A DNA stretch of 64,000 nucleotides from Ophelia neglecta (Eukaryota), in the NCBI GenBank assembly GCA_965285935.1, contig OZ260664.1, positions 72,354,001 to 72,418,000 on the forward strand, in the 5' to 3' direction. The notes under the pieces are model-generated. The model was not told where the DNA came from. It did no database searches and saw nothing but the letters and a program-made list of their open reading frames with translations. Below, one piece after another: positions 39,401-54,400 of the stretch (positions are counted from its first letter, which is position 1; every line of letters starts with the position of its first letter). Made by a program: the position numbers and the translations under genes.

Positions 39401-42400
39401 CAACGGGGTTGTGTTACCCTATGGTTTAAAATTGGTGGGACCTTTCGGCCAGCGGTGTTTATATTCTTACACAATTATAACATATAAAAATCTCTTATAA
39501 CCGTCTCGGCATCTGAATTAAACCATAATTCAACTGTAGATTTCTGTCTAAGATAATACTTTTTTCATGGTTAAAGTCCAGATACTTCCAGCAATAAAAA
39601 CACTTGCCTCTGTCATGTAAAACTAATTACCATGTTCGTTTTTGTTGGACACAATTACAGAACAAATGCTGGCCAAACGTGATATTTATCAATGGACATG
39701 AGTGTCTTTAAATTGGGTAGTGTATGTCTTATTCAAGATAAATTATATATATTATATGTAACTGGCTTCCCCAAAAAAGAATATCGAAATATCGGCCTAC
39801 CTTGATAATTCATTTGTTTTTCCATCGTGCAACCCTTTGTCTGAAATGCACAGATAACAACATTACAATTACAATACGATTAGAGAATATAATCATTTAA
39901 TTACTTCTATATAGTGCAACTGCAGAGACCCAAGATTTTTTATTCTCTTTATGAGCTCCCTCTGTTAAGTATTTATTTATTATTATCAACTTACTGGCGC
40001 CAGTGGAGTAAAATTTATATTCGTTCTGACGGGTCGGTTATTTAGAGGCATGGGTCGCCGATAGTTATTTTCGATGCCGACCTTTGGGCTTTCTTCGTCC
40101 CCTTGCATAAGTTCCCGCATAAGCATCATCTTAAATATATAATTGTTAAATTTTATGTTTAATTAGGTTATTTCAAATCAGCGTTAAACGCTGAGATAGA
40201 CATAGTGGTTTGCACGCATAATTAAAGTGTCTTCTTCAATCTCTTGGTGTAATAAATAGTGACAGAAACAAATGTGACACCTAAAAAGACAATAAATTGG
40301 TCAACCTACGTGTTCGTATGTGATGTATATCGGTTTATTTATTACCACCCATGTAACTGTTTCGTGGCACCCAGGTTGCGTGAGAGACCCCTCGTAGGTC
40401 AGGTAGTCCGTAGTTGGCGGAAACAGACCTGCTATTGATATATGACGGATGCGTGTTTGTTGACCTGAAAGATGCAGGAATTCGTTTATCAAAGGGCGCG
40501 TATGATTTGTCTACAAAACATCACCCAACGTAACGCTGCCTTCTATTTTGGCATCTGATTGAATTAAGAATGAGCTCATAAGCATGTTTATTTTCACTCA
40601 TAGTGCTATGACACTGTAGAATCAGAGATGTTTTTTATGGCAGCGCTCACACCATTTCTTTATTTAAAGCAGGTAATTTATCATGTACTAATATCATGTT
40701 TAACTTTATTAACTTGTAAAATATAAGTTAGTTTAAAGTTACCTACCTCTGTATCTGACTTGTTTTAAATTTTGAGCAATTATATCAAATTCCTGGTTTG
40801 GCCTGTTGCCTATCTGTAAATATAGATACACTTAAAATGTCAAATCGCCTTAAGGCCGGATCACACTGACCAAAAGTCGCGTAAACGCATGAATCACGCA
40901 CAAATTTCGAGCCTTACGCGATACATCCGCGATTTGCGCATTTCATCAGTGTTTCTGACGTGGAGCCTCCGTAGTTGTCCGTCGATGTTTGCCGGATCGG
41001 TGCTTTACGCGATTCCAGGTTTTAAACAGCTCAAAACTCGGCTTCACGTAAGAATTTACTAAATAGAATTCTGTATCCAAAATTGAAAATATGAATGAAC
41101 AGGACGGTATTAATTGGCGAAGACGCTATATCCTTACCTGCGCTAGAATTCCAACCATTGCCAAACCATAGGCTGAATACAGTGACTGAGTCATATTGCC
41201 ATACAAGTCTGTGTTGTACCCTATTATCTGGATCTTAAATGAAAGAAGAAAGAAATGCATTTATTTAATGTTTGCATGCATTAAAAGCAAGATATTAATA
41301 CATTTTTTTTTTCGTACAAGCTTTCATACTATATGTCATATTTATAGAAGCACTTTTTCTAAGCCAAAATACTGACCACAACGATCAGTGGAGCAATGGG
41401 TCAGAAACGCCACTCCCTGACTAGTTAGTACTAAATGGTTATACCACTGAATATGTATGTATGACGTTTAAAATAGACGCCCCAAAATCCGTTCTTTTCA
41501 GCTTTCTAACAGTTCGTATAGTCATGGAATTGACTGATTTTTATGTAAGCCTGCAATTGCGCTTAGGCGGCGGCGTCGAACTAAGCTAGCATATTGTTGG
41601 CATATTTCTGACAGGTGTTTGTATTGGATTGGTATATATTTGCTACGAGGTAAGGGTCACGATGACTAGAAAATCCTAGACTGACAACGGACTCATCGTT
41701 ATTTGGCCGCATGTATTGCGTCATTAATTAGATTTAATGATTTCAAGGGTAAATGTTTATTAAAATAGTGAATATTTTTTTGCAAGAGAAGGCATCCCGT
41801 CATTCCTGTCTGTTCGGATATTCCTTCATTGCATTGTTTTCCTATATAACGACTCAAAATAGGTTGAATCGTACAAAAACAACACAAATACCTCAATACT
41901 CATATTGGATTATCTGGCATTTTCCTCCTTGATAAATCATCACGTTAAATATAATGAAACATACCTCTGCTGGAAAGGATTTTCCGTCTATTGTGTGCTC
42001 GGAGCCGAGGCTGTCAATGCTGCCAAAATGAAGTATGACCTCGGCGATACGGTATTGGTAGATAAACGAACCTCCCGAGATGTTGATGTAGTGCGGACTG
42101 GGTTCGTCTAATACAAGCTTAATGTCATGGCCAGTGTTGATCAAATTGCCACTTATCTGAAAGTATGAGTTGTTGTGCAATTAAATGGAAGTCATCGGTC
42201 ATACAAAAAGTTGACCATTTAAGGTACTTATTCCATGAAGTGCAATCACCTAGAAAAAAGCGTATGAATGTGGCACCAAGGGTAAGCAAGACCGATATTA
42301 TATCTTGGTCACCTTTCTCATGGAACGATAGTAGTTGACATCTTGCATTTGTAACGTAATTCCTACGTGTCCATGACTTCTAGAAAAAGACAGACGCAGC

Positions 42401-45400
42401 ACACAAAGCAAAATTCAAGTCTACAGATTCAAGGAAATATACCAAAACTCGCTTTTTATCACACCCCCCCCCCCACGAAAAAAATGGGAAAACGGGGGAG
42501 GAAACTCGGTTACCGAATCATTATTCCATAAATAGTCCATTGGATCGTGCCGGAATCTTCAGGAACCTGAAGCCACCTGGTACTTCTAAAACAAAATTTC
42601 CAAGACACTGGATGTCTAAATTTGCCATTTTTTAAGAATTCACACAAAGTGTACACTGTTTACATAGTATCTGGTACGATTGACCAAACGTTAAATTTAT
42701 GGCACGAACTTGTACCAAACTAATAAAGTACTACTACACTAAAAGCTGCAAACGTGTTAACGTTTCGTTATCAATACATCTTGACTAGCTGTTATGCCTC
42801 TTCGTCATGTTAAACTGTGATACTATAATAAAAGTGTGCCTTTTCTCAAATATGTGATCCATCAATGTCAACCAACAATTTAACATAATCAATCAGATCC
42901 TTTCGGGGATAACCAAGGTCTGCCAATTTCTAATTGTCAAAACCATACACGCAACGGAAATTGACAACTATCATATTTATTTAGATAACAAAAGACGTTT
43001 GTAGACTTAGTTTTCGCTTAAAATAAGCCCCTTTATTAGCATATTGGATATGGCAATTCACATTTTTATTATGACTGTTGGGTAAAGGAAGCTACCTATT
43101 CACCGTTTTTTAATTCCAATGAAATGTACTTTAAACTAAATAAACATTGAATAACCTTTGCAATACGCTTCTTCTATAACTTCTGATAGATGACAAGGAT
43201 CGACCAACCAAACCTTGTCTTCCTTACACAGCCAATTACTTCGCCCCATTTCCAAATCACTTTTGCACGGAACTCGAACCGTGCGGTGGTTTATGGAGCG
43301 AAATTGCAAGAGAAAGGTGACACTCTCATGAGAAAAGTTATGGATCTTGGCAAATCATCTATAATTGAAGTCTGTAATTGGAGCCTTCAAGCCCTATTGC
43401 TCTCCCTAAATCTACAGGCCTTTTCATCTACTAGCATTTGCACAAAGATGATGAAAGAGAAAGGGCATTCCCTGTCATTAGGCAGAGACTGAGAAATGAC
43501 TCTATTTTTCGAAATAAAATAGGATTTATTTAATGTTGATATATTGCATCTGGGCTGTTTTTAGTATTCAATGCAGAATTGAATATACAGAAAGCATGCG
43601 CCTTCACCGCAATATAAGTTTGAAAACGTATATTATTTAGGTTTTTAAACCTTGATCTGTCATTACTCTGTGCCGTTTTGCAAAATAAGGGAAAGTAATA
43701 GACTATTTGAAAATTATATCCGCGAACTTTGATTTTACTAGAATAACTGTTAGTGATTGGCGTTAGCGTAACATTTTTCATTCCCGTAATTAATTTATGT
43801 TTTATTTGCATAGGTAACGCACTTCCTTGGGATAAAAAGGATTGCCATTGTCCTGAATGTAAGATGGGGTCTGGTTGCTAACTCTTATATTTATACCGCG
43901 AAGCCACAGCGTATGAATCAACTTTCGAAGAACTAAGTTTAACACTTTGAACAACAATAGAATGATATTTATCATACCCTATGCTTGTCAATGTGTATAT
44001 GTTTGAGATGCGGATCATACAGCAACTGTTTCGGGTCGATGTTGATGGGAGATTGCTTCTTTCCTTTGCTGCAAAAGTGCCATTCTGGATTCACGAGTCC
44101 CCAAAAGTCTGGACCTAGCAAAAATGTAATTGAAACAAGTTGTAGTTTGTGATTGAACATATTGACCGAATGTTAAATGGAAAACGCCGATCTCATTAAT
44201 TTCATTTCCATCTGACGAAAGAAACAAAATGATACCAGCATCATAATGATTATAAACAGATGTGGATACCCAGAAGCCCCCAAAAATCCAAATTGGTACA
44301 ATTGTTATCTATGATGCGAGTCAAAGCTCAAAATCTAACGCGGCAATGGTTGGCTTATGAAAGAGATGAAATACGCACGAGAAGAATAAATGGTGGTCCT
44401 AGCTCACACAAAATATAGAAACTAAAGATGACACCGCCTCCTTATAAACAGAACAAAGTAGGATGTAAAAGAATACTTTTAAATCTCTTTGACCGAGCAA
44501 TAACATGTACAGTGTGTAACCTAGACGTGTTACGCTTTTATTTTGACTGAAAACATGCATCTTCAACATTTGATCTTACAGTATAAAGCAGATGCACATG
44601 GCCCCTAAAATCAACGCATTGAATTCCATTTTGATATGATTAAAACAGGTATGACAATACTCTTAATTATCAAAGGAGATAAAACACGTCAACGAAACAA
44701 CGGTTTTTGAGCCAAGCGCTTGTATCCACTCAGGCTGGGAGTGTGTACTATATTCCATAGAAATGCCGGTATATCATTTAATATATGAATTTTCTTACAT
44801 GAATGTCTATATCGCGCGCTTTGTATGCACTTCAGAACATGTTTTTTTTGTGTGTTTTTTGTAGTGGATTTAGAGGTTTTGGTAAAATGCAATAGATTAA
44901 ATATAATTATGCTTCTTACTATGTGTAGAGAAGTAGTACTTTTTTTAACTAGCGTTGACCTTCGACCCATAAAGTTATTTTAGTAATGCTACCGATTGAG
45001 ATCAATTAACCTCAATTATAACTCTTGTACCGTTATCAGTTTCACATCGCCTTGCGAAAATAAAATTGGGGCAAAACCTAATGTATTATAAAATCTAATA
45101 AAAGTATAGACTTAAGTTTTAGTTTGCAACTTTAATTAATCTATTAATCCAGTTAAGATGCTAATATAAATTTGGTCCAAAAAATGTAACAATTAATTCA
45201 TTTATATTAATATTACGTGCTGGACTGCATTAATTGAGAAACATGTTTAATTCATTTGAGGGCTTCTTTGTCGCAAACTACAGGTCAGTTTTACCGTTCG
45301 TAATTATTTCTTAGGAAGCGAAGCAAAGCTCTAAGATATTCTCTGAGGAAATTAGATGTAACCCTCAGGCCAACACCCCCAAATCCCCGACCCACCCTAC

Positions 45401-48400
45401 CCCCGCCTTCCCACTACCACCTCGTATATACAATCTCAACAGTTAGATGGAAAATACAACTGGAAGATGGTACCAACTGTCATATCTAAATAGGTTCTGG
45501 TTGAGAATAACTTTGAATCATTCGCAGTGCAATAAATAATTGCCTTCCGAAAACAAGGAGCATCTGCCGGTATCAACTCGCCCTAGAAACGCTGCACTTT
45601 TATCATAAATCCCTATTGGTAAGCCGCCACGGCTAGTAAATGACTCAATATCAGACAGCACCCTTCATTCAACTATATAAAGCCGCATTACGGTTGATTA
45701 AATCTGTTAAAAGGATTCATTGATTGGCCGTCAACGGTGTCTACTGTTCATCGGCTAGTAGAGGGACGCCCCGCCGGGAAGGGTTATCGAGTCCTGCCCT
45801 TTGCTGCCGGGTAAATCCCCCTGGTTGTCTGCTAGACTGCGATAAGCGATTTGCTTCCTATACTGTCGTGCTATCGGATGATTAATGCGGGAGGGCTGAA
45901 GCAAGCGATTGTGTGATTCTGTCTTGTTATTAAAAACCGCTTGCCCATAAAGATACTAAAATGAAAGTGAAAGAACAATTGAGATTGTTTTATCAGGATA
46001 ATAACAAGCACTGAAGGAAACACGAAATTTATATAAACCAAATATGCGAAGAGGTTTGGAAGCATACCAAAGTTAAACGAATCGGTGCTGTTGAAAATGT
46101 GATGGTACATGGTTATTCACATACAATAGCACGCTAATTATGGTAGATATAACGTATTGTTCATAGCATGACAAAACCCACGGCCACGAACGACCTGACG
46201 CACCTTTACATTTGCCAAGCATATACTTGACATTAATAGGCTGTCCAACGTATGCATCTAGTGTCATACCTTCACCTTCTTTTGGTGGAACAAGCTCACA
46301 TGCTCATTTTACCTATATATATACTTGTTTAATTATGGCATGCTTAAGCTAAAGACCTTCGTGCTTGAAACATAATGAAAAGGGAAGGGACTTTATTGCC
46401 TTCCTGAAAAGAGCACGACAACAACATAATTTGTTTGATTGAGTTAATGGTGATGTCGATCAAAGGATGGGGACTGACAATAGCAGGACACGGGCCTGAA
46501 CGAAATAATACTAGATCAATACACTATAGAAAAAAAACATAGTGGACACCGGACGACAAAGCCAAATCATTAGTCGAGAATAGAACATTAAATAGGTCCC
46601 AAATCATCAGGAAACAGCAACAATCCCTAATACATAAACAACAATCTCCGCCTCTCAAATAGTAAATACTTCTGTAATGCAAATAATAGTATATGAAAAA
46701 ATAAATTTGATGTCACTTGTATTGAGAAGTAGTCACCAGATCTCCATGAAACGAGGGCGATTTGGTTTTCTTATTTATTGCATGCTATTTTATGATTTCT
46801 ACTTATGTTCTACTACACTGTTTATCTGTACATACCCCTTGGCAATAAACAACAAGAATATCAATGATGGAGGAGAGACCACAAAACAGACGTGTCAGTG
46901 GTCAACGTAGGACAGAGGTGAAATATGGCCTTGTAGAGTATATGATGGTCTACCCTTCCGCAACATAATTAGATTAATGATGAAATATTCTCAAAAAGCG
47001 AGTCCCTGCACCCGGCGGCATAAATGCGGTCTGTCTGGCCCTGCCGTCCATCGGGCAAAGCTTGCGACAAGGCCATTTTAGGGCTATTCTATTTATCTCG
47101 GCAGTGCCGATAGCGCAGCGCCGGATACCAGGACTCCGATAAACAGAAGACAAGAAAAGGATGCAAAAGATCATTGCATATTAAAGGGAAAAGGGTATTA
47201 AATCTTCTCGATGGTGCTATAAAATGTAATTCATTAAATTAAACCATTCACGCTTTTATTATGACTGAAAACGTGCATCTGCAACAAACGATATTTTATC
47301 AGTATGTTGCCGATGAACATAGCTCCTAGCGCTAGAATGAGCGGAATTGGTCATTCATAGCCATTGCCTATGAAAAGTTCACGGGGAAACCACAAAAGGA
47401 ACCAAGGTAGTTCAGTTGCAGAACAATGCTACCACTATAGCGTGACTATTGAGTACGAGATATATCTTTCCTCAATTAAGATTCCTGCTCATTTTGCATA
47501 TGAAAAAAATTATGTAGAGGAGTACTCATATTTTAGAAAGAAGGCGACAATGGTTTTACTAGTGTTCATATGGATAGGAGGGGTATAGTACGCACTGCTA
47601 CACTTGGGTTAAAATTCTAATACATACTGTTGATACGAAATATTGTAATTAATGAAATTCTATAATCTGAAACTGATGCTATATCTTATACCGTATGATG
47701 CTATATCTGGAGAAGTCAGGAATTGATATATGAGGGCCTGCAGGTGGCGGTCCTTTATGTTGATTTGTTCGAACAGACTTTAGGGACGGTATATACTAGA
47801 CTTGTCAGTGTACTGATTATGATTAGTTGCGGGGAATGCGCCCTAGTTTTATTTCACGCTAACAGTTGACATCCTATTCAGCCCTACGTGTATTCCGATA
47901 ATTTTTCTCTGTATTCCGACAACAATAAGACCATATTCCTTCGTTGACTGCTATGGTGCATAAGAAATATGTTCCATTGACTCGTCGTTTAGTTTGCGAA
48001 TGAAGCCATCAAATAACTATTGGCTTCATTATCATTGCAATTGGTATAAAAGTATATTTGTATTCTTTCACAAGATTGCTTACATTTATGAAGCTTGGGA
48101 TGATATTTCTGTGTCTTCCGCCAAAGATTCCTAATAAAGTTGGGCAGATATTATGAATTGTTCGCGATAGCTGATTTTCGTCCTTATGCCCAGGAAAACC
48201 TGGTGATTTTCACATGATGCTTCGTATTAATAATATGCTCCGGTGTAAGGTGTAAATGTAGATTATTATATTAACCTAAATTAAGATTTACAAAATGACT
48301 TCTATGATTTTCAAACAAACAAGAGTTACTTAGGCAAAGAATGGAATGAATGATGCCAGGCAAGACAAACAAAATTGTTAACATACCAGAAATGCCCTCA

Positions 48401-51400
48401 TATGTCCACCATTCAGACCAAGTGGACCCAAATCCTGAAAAGAACATAAATCACATATAATTTGATTCATGATAGATGTGAGTGATTATTTGCAATGGAA
48501 ATAAACAACAAACGCAATTTATTTGGTCCAACTTGTAGTTAAACAGATTTGTTTCTCAAAGTCGTTAGAAAATGTATTTGTCCGATACATTTTATTGAAA
48601 TCAACAAGGAACTAATTAAAAAGAAAGTTTTCAAATTGAATTCATTGTAAGATAAACACGGACGGTGCACATAAAGGCTTTGGGATCCATTGTGCCATGA
48701 AGAATTGCCAGTGGTAAGCGATGCCCCTGTAAACAAATTGCTCAGAGGTGACGTTCCAGCACGGCAAGATGGTCGTACATCCCGTCTTTAGTGGCATTCT
48801 CTAGGCCAATGAGGTCCTGATCTATCCAGAACACGCTACCAAGCTGTCTTAGAAGAGGAAGGAAGGCGGTGTTTATTGATCCCATGACAGACGGCTAACC
48901 ATGGTTTTCGCCTATTATTCCCAGCAAGTGAACCATAAGGACATATTAGCCTACAAACTGAAGCGTCAAATAGAAACTCAAATAGCCAGCTAGCGAGGAA
49001 AGCTCCGCTTGAAGTTTAACAAATAGGAAATAAACTGAAATTTATTTCTCAATATCATTAGCGATAAAATACACCAGTATACGTAGTCAGTATTTTGCCT
49101 ATACTCGTGTTACATGAATAATGACTACACTTTGTATATAGTTTGGTTTGTCTTTTCAACGTCCCTTTTGGTTTTATCCCCTTCAAATCGATCAGCCATC
49201 ATTATTCAACTTGTCGCAGTGATATTTAAATAGAAAGCATTAGACAATCGGATTTAAATATGAGCAATTGGGGACACCTACTCTATACTCATCTAATCAA
49301 CTGGTCTGAAATTGTGTGCTTTTAGTGCGTAGCCCTACTATAAGAGCTTTTCGACTTTTTAATATCTGTTGATTAACATGGCTAAGGTTATGATTAATAC
49401 GTTTGACCTTAAGGTTCACACTGGTCAAACGAAACGTGTCCTTGAATGTTTCAGCGATTGCGTAATCAAGAAGGTTATTGTGGGGGATAATAACTCCAGC
49501 ACTTTTTTTTTTACAGCACGACATTAAAACTTAGTTTTGTGTAACCAATGTTACCTACTGTAGATAATACTGGCTACGTTCGCATATCTTTACAGGCAGC
49601 CATTCCTCGATTCCCCAATCGCCCCATGGCCTCGAATCTCCGTATCCCTATTATACTTCACGGGTTATTTATTTCTAAGCCTTAAAGTTAATGTTGATCA
49701 ACATGAAAGGCCATCATACGCTTCGTAGAGCAGAACAAATACGTTCGAGTACCCACTGACAAAATTTAACTATGGTCGGGTTTCTTCTGCCTGTCCTTTC
49801 CAAGAAATGACATACTGATGTTCAAAGCATCCATAACAGACATTTGTCACCAAAATAGGTGTCTGCTATATATGTTCAAATATAGCCTATGCTATATGTT
49901 TGGTTCCGTTTAACGGTTTAAGCAATCAGCACCATAATTTTAGGTCTTTGTTTTCAAATAGCCGAGTTTATAAGCAGTCAGCATTGTGAATAAATATCAC
50001 AACGTGTCTATCAATATATGCGAAGCCATCCCCAAGTCCCATCCCCTTTCTGTATTGTAACAGTTGCGCAGTGGAATCGTTAATTCAACATGTCTGACAA
50101 TGAAATGAAAAACCTGTTATCCCAACGTCGGGATCACCTCAGTGTTCAATGTTGTGTTCTAACGCTGCACGACAGATTGATGTATTTGTTTTCATTTCAT
50201 GAAGATTTTTCCCGATTTAGACTGCACCGCCTCCTTGGGAATCGCATTATTTACATTAGGTCGCAGCTGCTAGGGATACAACATTCGGGATTGATATATT
50301 GTGTTCCTAGTACCATTCAGGTACTTCGTCAAAAAAAAAACCACTGGGCGTTTTGCAACTTGTACCCGCTGTATTACAACAAAATCCAAAAACTAACAAC
50401 GGTTCTAAGTAGTTTTACATCCTACATGCAAAAACATAGAGGACATTTTAATGGTCATGAATGTGTTTACAATTTCTGTGGTGAGATTTGAAGGAGGCGA
50501 TATATATTTTATGGATTTTGGCCAGTATTGCCTTTGTATCCCTATAAAATATGCATATGGCAATGTATATTATTTTTATAAAATGCACAAAAAGCAACCT
50601 GAATGAAAGTAAATTCCATGTATACAACGGATATCATTCTTTTTAATATTAACACATATTGTTTAGACATATATTTCGGCCATATACATCGTATGTTAGT
50701 ATTCTATGTGTAAATACGTTTTAAATCGTTCAACTGCACAGAGATTAATGGACTAAATGAATAAAATATGTCAGCCACTGTAAGAAGAACCTGTCAATCG
50801 TAATGAAATATGATTGCCCTTGTAAGGGTAACCTGTAAATCTTAATAAAATGTGCTAACACTTGTAAGGAGAACAGGTCAATCGTAATGAAATGTGCCAG
50901 CCCTTGTAAGGAGAACCTGTAAGGAGAACAGGTCAATCAACGCATGTGCCAGCCCGAGTATGGTAAACCTGTCAATTTAAATGCAATGCGCTCGTCCTTG
51001 TAAGGTTAACCTGTCTATTTTAATCTAATGCGCTCGTCTTTGTAAGGAAAACCTGCCAATCGTGATGAAATGTGCCAGCCCTTGTAAGGAGAACCTGTCA
51101 ATGGTATTGAAATGTGCCAACCCTTGTAAGGAGAACCTGCCCAGCCCTTGTAAGGAGAACCTGCCAATCAAAATGAAATGTGCCAGGTCGTGTTAGGCAA
51201 ATCTGACAATCGCATTCAACCTAGTTATTGATACCACAGGACACATGTGTTTGTGGTCACCTTGGGAAATAATTATACCTTTCGATACTCAGAATCTGAT
51301 ACGAAATCAGGTTTCTTATGATAAATTAATAATGAATGTTAAACAAATGTACAGCCTAAACAAAAAAAAAGCCCTATCCCTCCACAATATAGAATGCAGG

Positions 51401-54400
51401 CAAAGGGAAATACGAACCCGCATAGTTTTTTTAAAAATATATTCTGTTCCGTCTTAGGGCTTAAATCTGATATATGACACAATGTGCCTTTTGAAGTTAC
51501 TCCTGTTTCTTCTGGCTATTGCTATTTTTCGAGGTTGCCAGTGGCGGCCTCTGACGCATCTGGATGTTATTGTTCTTGTTGACTTACAATATTATTCCAA
51601 GAGTTCGTACATAGCATAGTACACTTTGCAAAGTGCTCTGTAAAGACAGAATATATCTTATGCCTAGGGATTAAAGTTTATCGTTTATTCGGATTGCTCC
51701 CTGGTCATACTCTCGAGTAAATGGGAAAACAAGAATTGCGACAAACTGAGGGGGACTACATTCGAATAACTATGCTGTGGTAATCCTTAGACAAAATGAT
51801 ATTTACGATCACATGAACGTGAGAATAATGGTTTAGGCAGACGGGTCTTGACCTTATAAATACCGCCCATCAGAATGATCGACTGTTTCCTCAGAAACAG
51901 CCAAATCCGGAAGCAGTAATTTTTTTCTTTTGGTTATAGTGCCAACGACTGGATGTAGTTCTATCGATTCCTGACCATTGCCTTGTCAACTTGGTGCACC
52001 TGGCTTTGGAGAACACAAATTCAAGACCCTATCCATTCGACAATAATAAAAACTGTTTCAACCGCAACCTCAACCGGTAGGTTCCTGATTTTATAATGAA
52101 GAAGTTACTTAAAATAATGTTATGATGCATTTAGATTTTTTGTAAGTATGTGGATTGTTATATTAGAGTTAGGAATCGGATAATAAATCATTCAGGGTTA
52201 GAGAGAGAGTTATGATTATTAGAAGTCTTGAATTGTGTAATAATCCCATTTTTGCATCCATGAAAGCTCCGCGCCTGTGCTTTTAATCAAAACCTAGTAT
52301 TTATGTATTTGGCGGAACATCCCCTATATAACCAAGCGAACTTACAAATGTTTTTCAATAATAAACACTTCCTATGGCGTGCCATTATCCGGTCCTGGAG
52401 TACACATGCCTTCCGCTTATAAATAACATAAACAACACAACCATCCATCCGGCTGGCAATCGCGGATGGCATAACACTACTGTAACACTAGACTTAGAGT
52501 GGATGAACCTGCAGTGCCTGTAGGATAAAAGAAGAACTCATGGCCCGTTAATGAAGGACATAAAAGGATAAAAGGGGGAAAATAAATGTCACCATAACAG
52601 CAAGGTTAAGTACGACTACGTGCTTGATACAAATCACAGCTCAGTGCTTTAATCGTACTACAAACACCATTTTTTCAAAATATCGAGTCTGATATGCAAT
52701 GCATAACACAAGTATATTAACAGTGTGACCCTAAAAACAATTAACCTTTACTGAATAGTGCTTTAACTCTCGAACAAGTTATACGGCCTATCAAATACCC
52801 CCTTCCCCCCCAACAATATTTTAAAGTTACAGCTATAGGCCTCCCCCTGAAAGAAGGTAACACCAGAATAACCCAAAAACAATAATAGTCTCTCCGGAGG
52901 TTATCACCCCATTAACTGATTACAATAACTATATAATAACCAGATGACAAATTACATTTTGAAAGTACAAGATGTGTCACACATCGTTCTGTCAGTGTCA
53001 ATACCCTCTATGTTCGGCTCTTAGATTATTTGATAGCGACTACTTAATGCTTCTGCAGGGAAGGTTGTAGGGGCCTCATATCATAGCCATATGACTCTAT
53101 TACTTGCCAAGCTTCATTAGAATGTGTCTATAATTTCTGTGGTGAGATTTGAAGGAGGCGATATGTATTATATGGTTTTTGGCCAGTATCGCCTTTGTAT
53201 CTCTATAAAATATGTATCATTGGATTCAAACCTGCCTTTTATCTGCTCTGGCACATTTAAGAGCCTTGGTGAAATGCAATAAGTAACAATTTCTTCGTAG
53301 TCAAATGATATTGAAGCAAAACCAATTATATATGTTATCATTGATTAGTAATAAAAGCAATATTTCGGAGTAAAGAAAATACATTTAAAATTAACTATTG
53401 AAATGCCCTATGTTCAACTTCTTCTAGCAAAAGTATTCTACAACCAACCCCTATCAGCTATGAAGACTAAGAAACTGCAGGAAATACCGATTCATCTTAC
53501 TGGTCATGTTGTTGATAAATAGGGCATACATTTGTTGTATGACTTCATGTGAAGTCTAAGAGGTTTCAAATACATCTCTTGTGTGTTATTTGTTCTCCTA
53601 CTGGTACCGATGGTGTATCGCATTTAACAACAGCAATTTTGATTCACAACAACGTTATTTATTGTAGATTTGACAACATGAAACGCGAAAAAGCTCCAAA
53701 TCACTCTTTTCCAGCTATTAGCAGTTACCAGACACGATCATGTCCTTTTACGAAGCAAATGGTTGTTTTATCACTGTGAATGTTTGTCTTCGATCATATT
53801 TCATTGCTGTGGAAAATTTGGTTCATTGTACACAAATTACTGAATGCTGTAAAGTATGTTTGGTCAATTTCCCAGATCGTCAATATGGGTATAATTACAT
53901 CAAAAACTTTGAAATGGTCCAACATGAATATTTATTATCACTGATTGCATTCAACGTTAATTACAGAACTAAAATAATGGTTATAACGGGTAGTTCATAA
54001 GCATTGTTTACTCTGAAAGTTACTTTGTTCATGTCGATGCGATGCAAACAGCACCATTGTATACCGTCAGGAAAACATTGCTTATTATTTCCTTTATAAC
54101 CGGATGTACCTAATGACATCCGGGTCTCCTCGTTATTTGTGAAGTGTCTTTTTGCTTAATGGCTATACTGGACTATGAGATGGTATCATACTTTTGAATA
54201 ATCATCAGATTAGGCTCTACCAGATCCGTGAATGGCAGACTGTTTTTTTGTCCTATTTTTAAGTACTGAAATAATTTATCTGTATTCCCCTACTAGCTCT
54301 TCATAACCAATGAAATAAATTTGTTCTGAAGAATTCCAATCTGGGCCCTTTGAATACAGGTCTTTGAGTCAGAATTAGGCTGTGGACTTGGCCTTGGTTG

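Noticed and set aside
50770-51215. CRISPR-like array
   Set aside because: The units are contiguous degenerate tandem copies without unique spacers, there are no cas genes, and the context is a eukaryotic intron.
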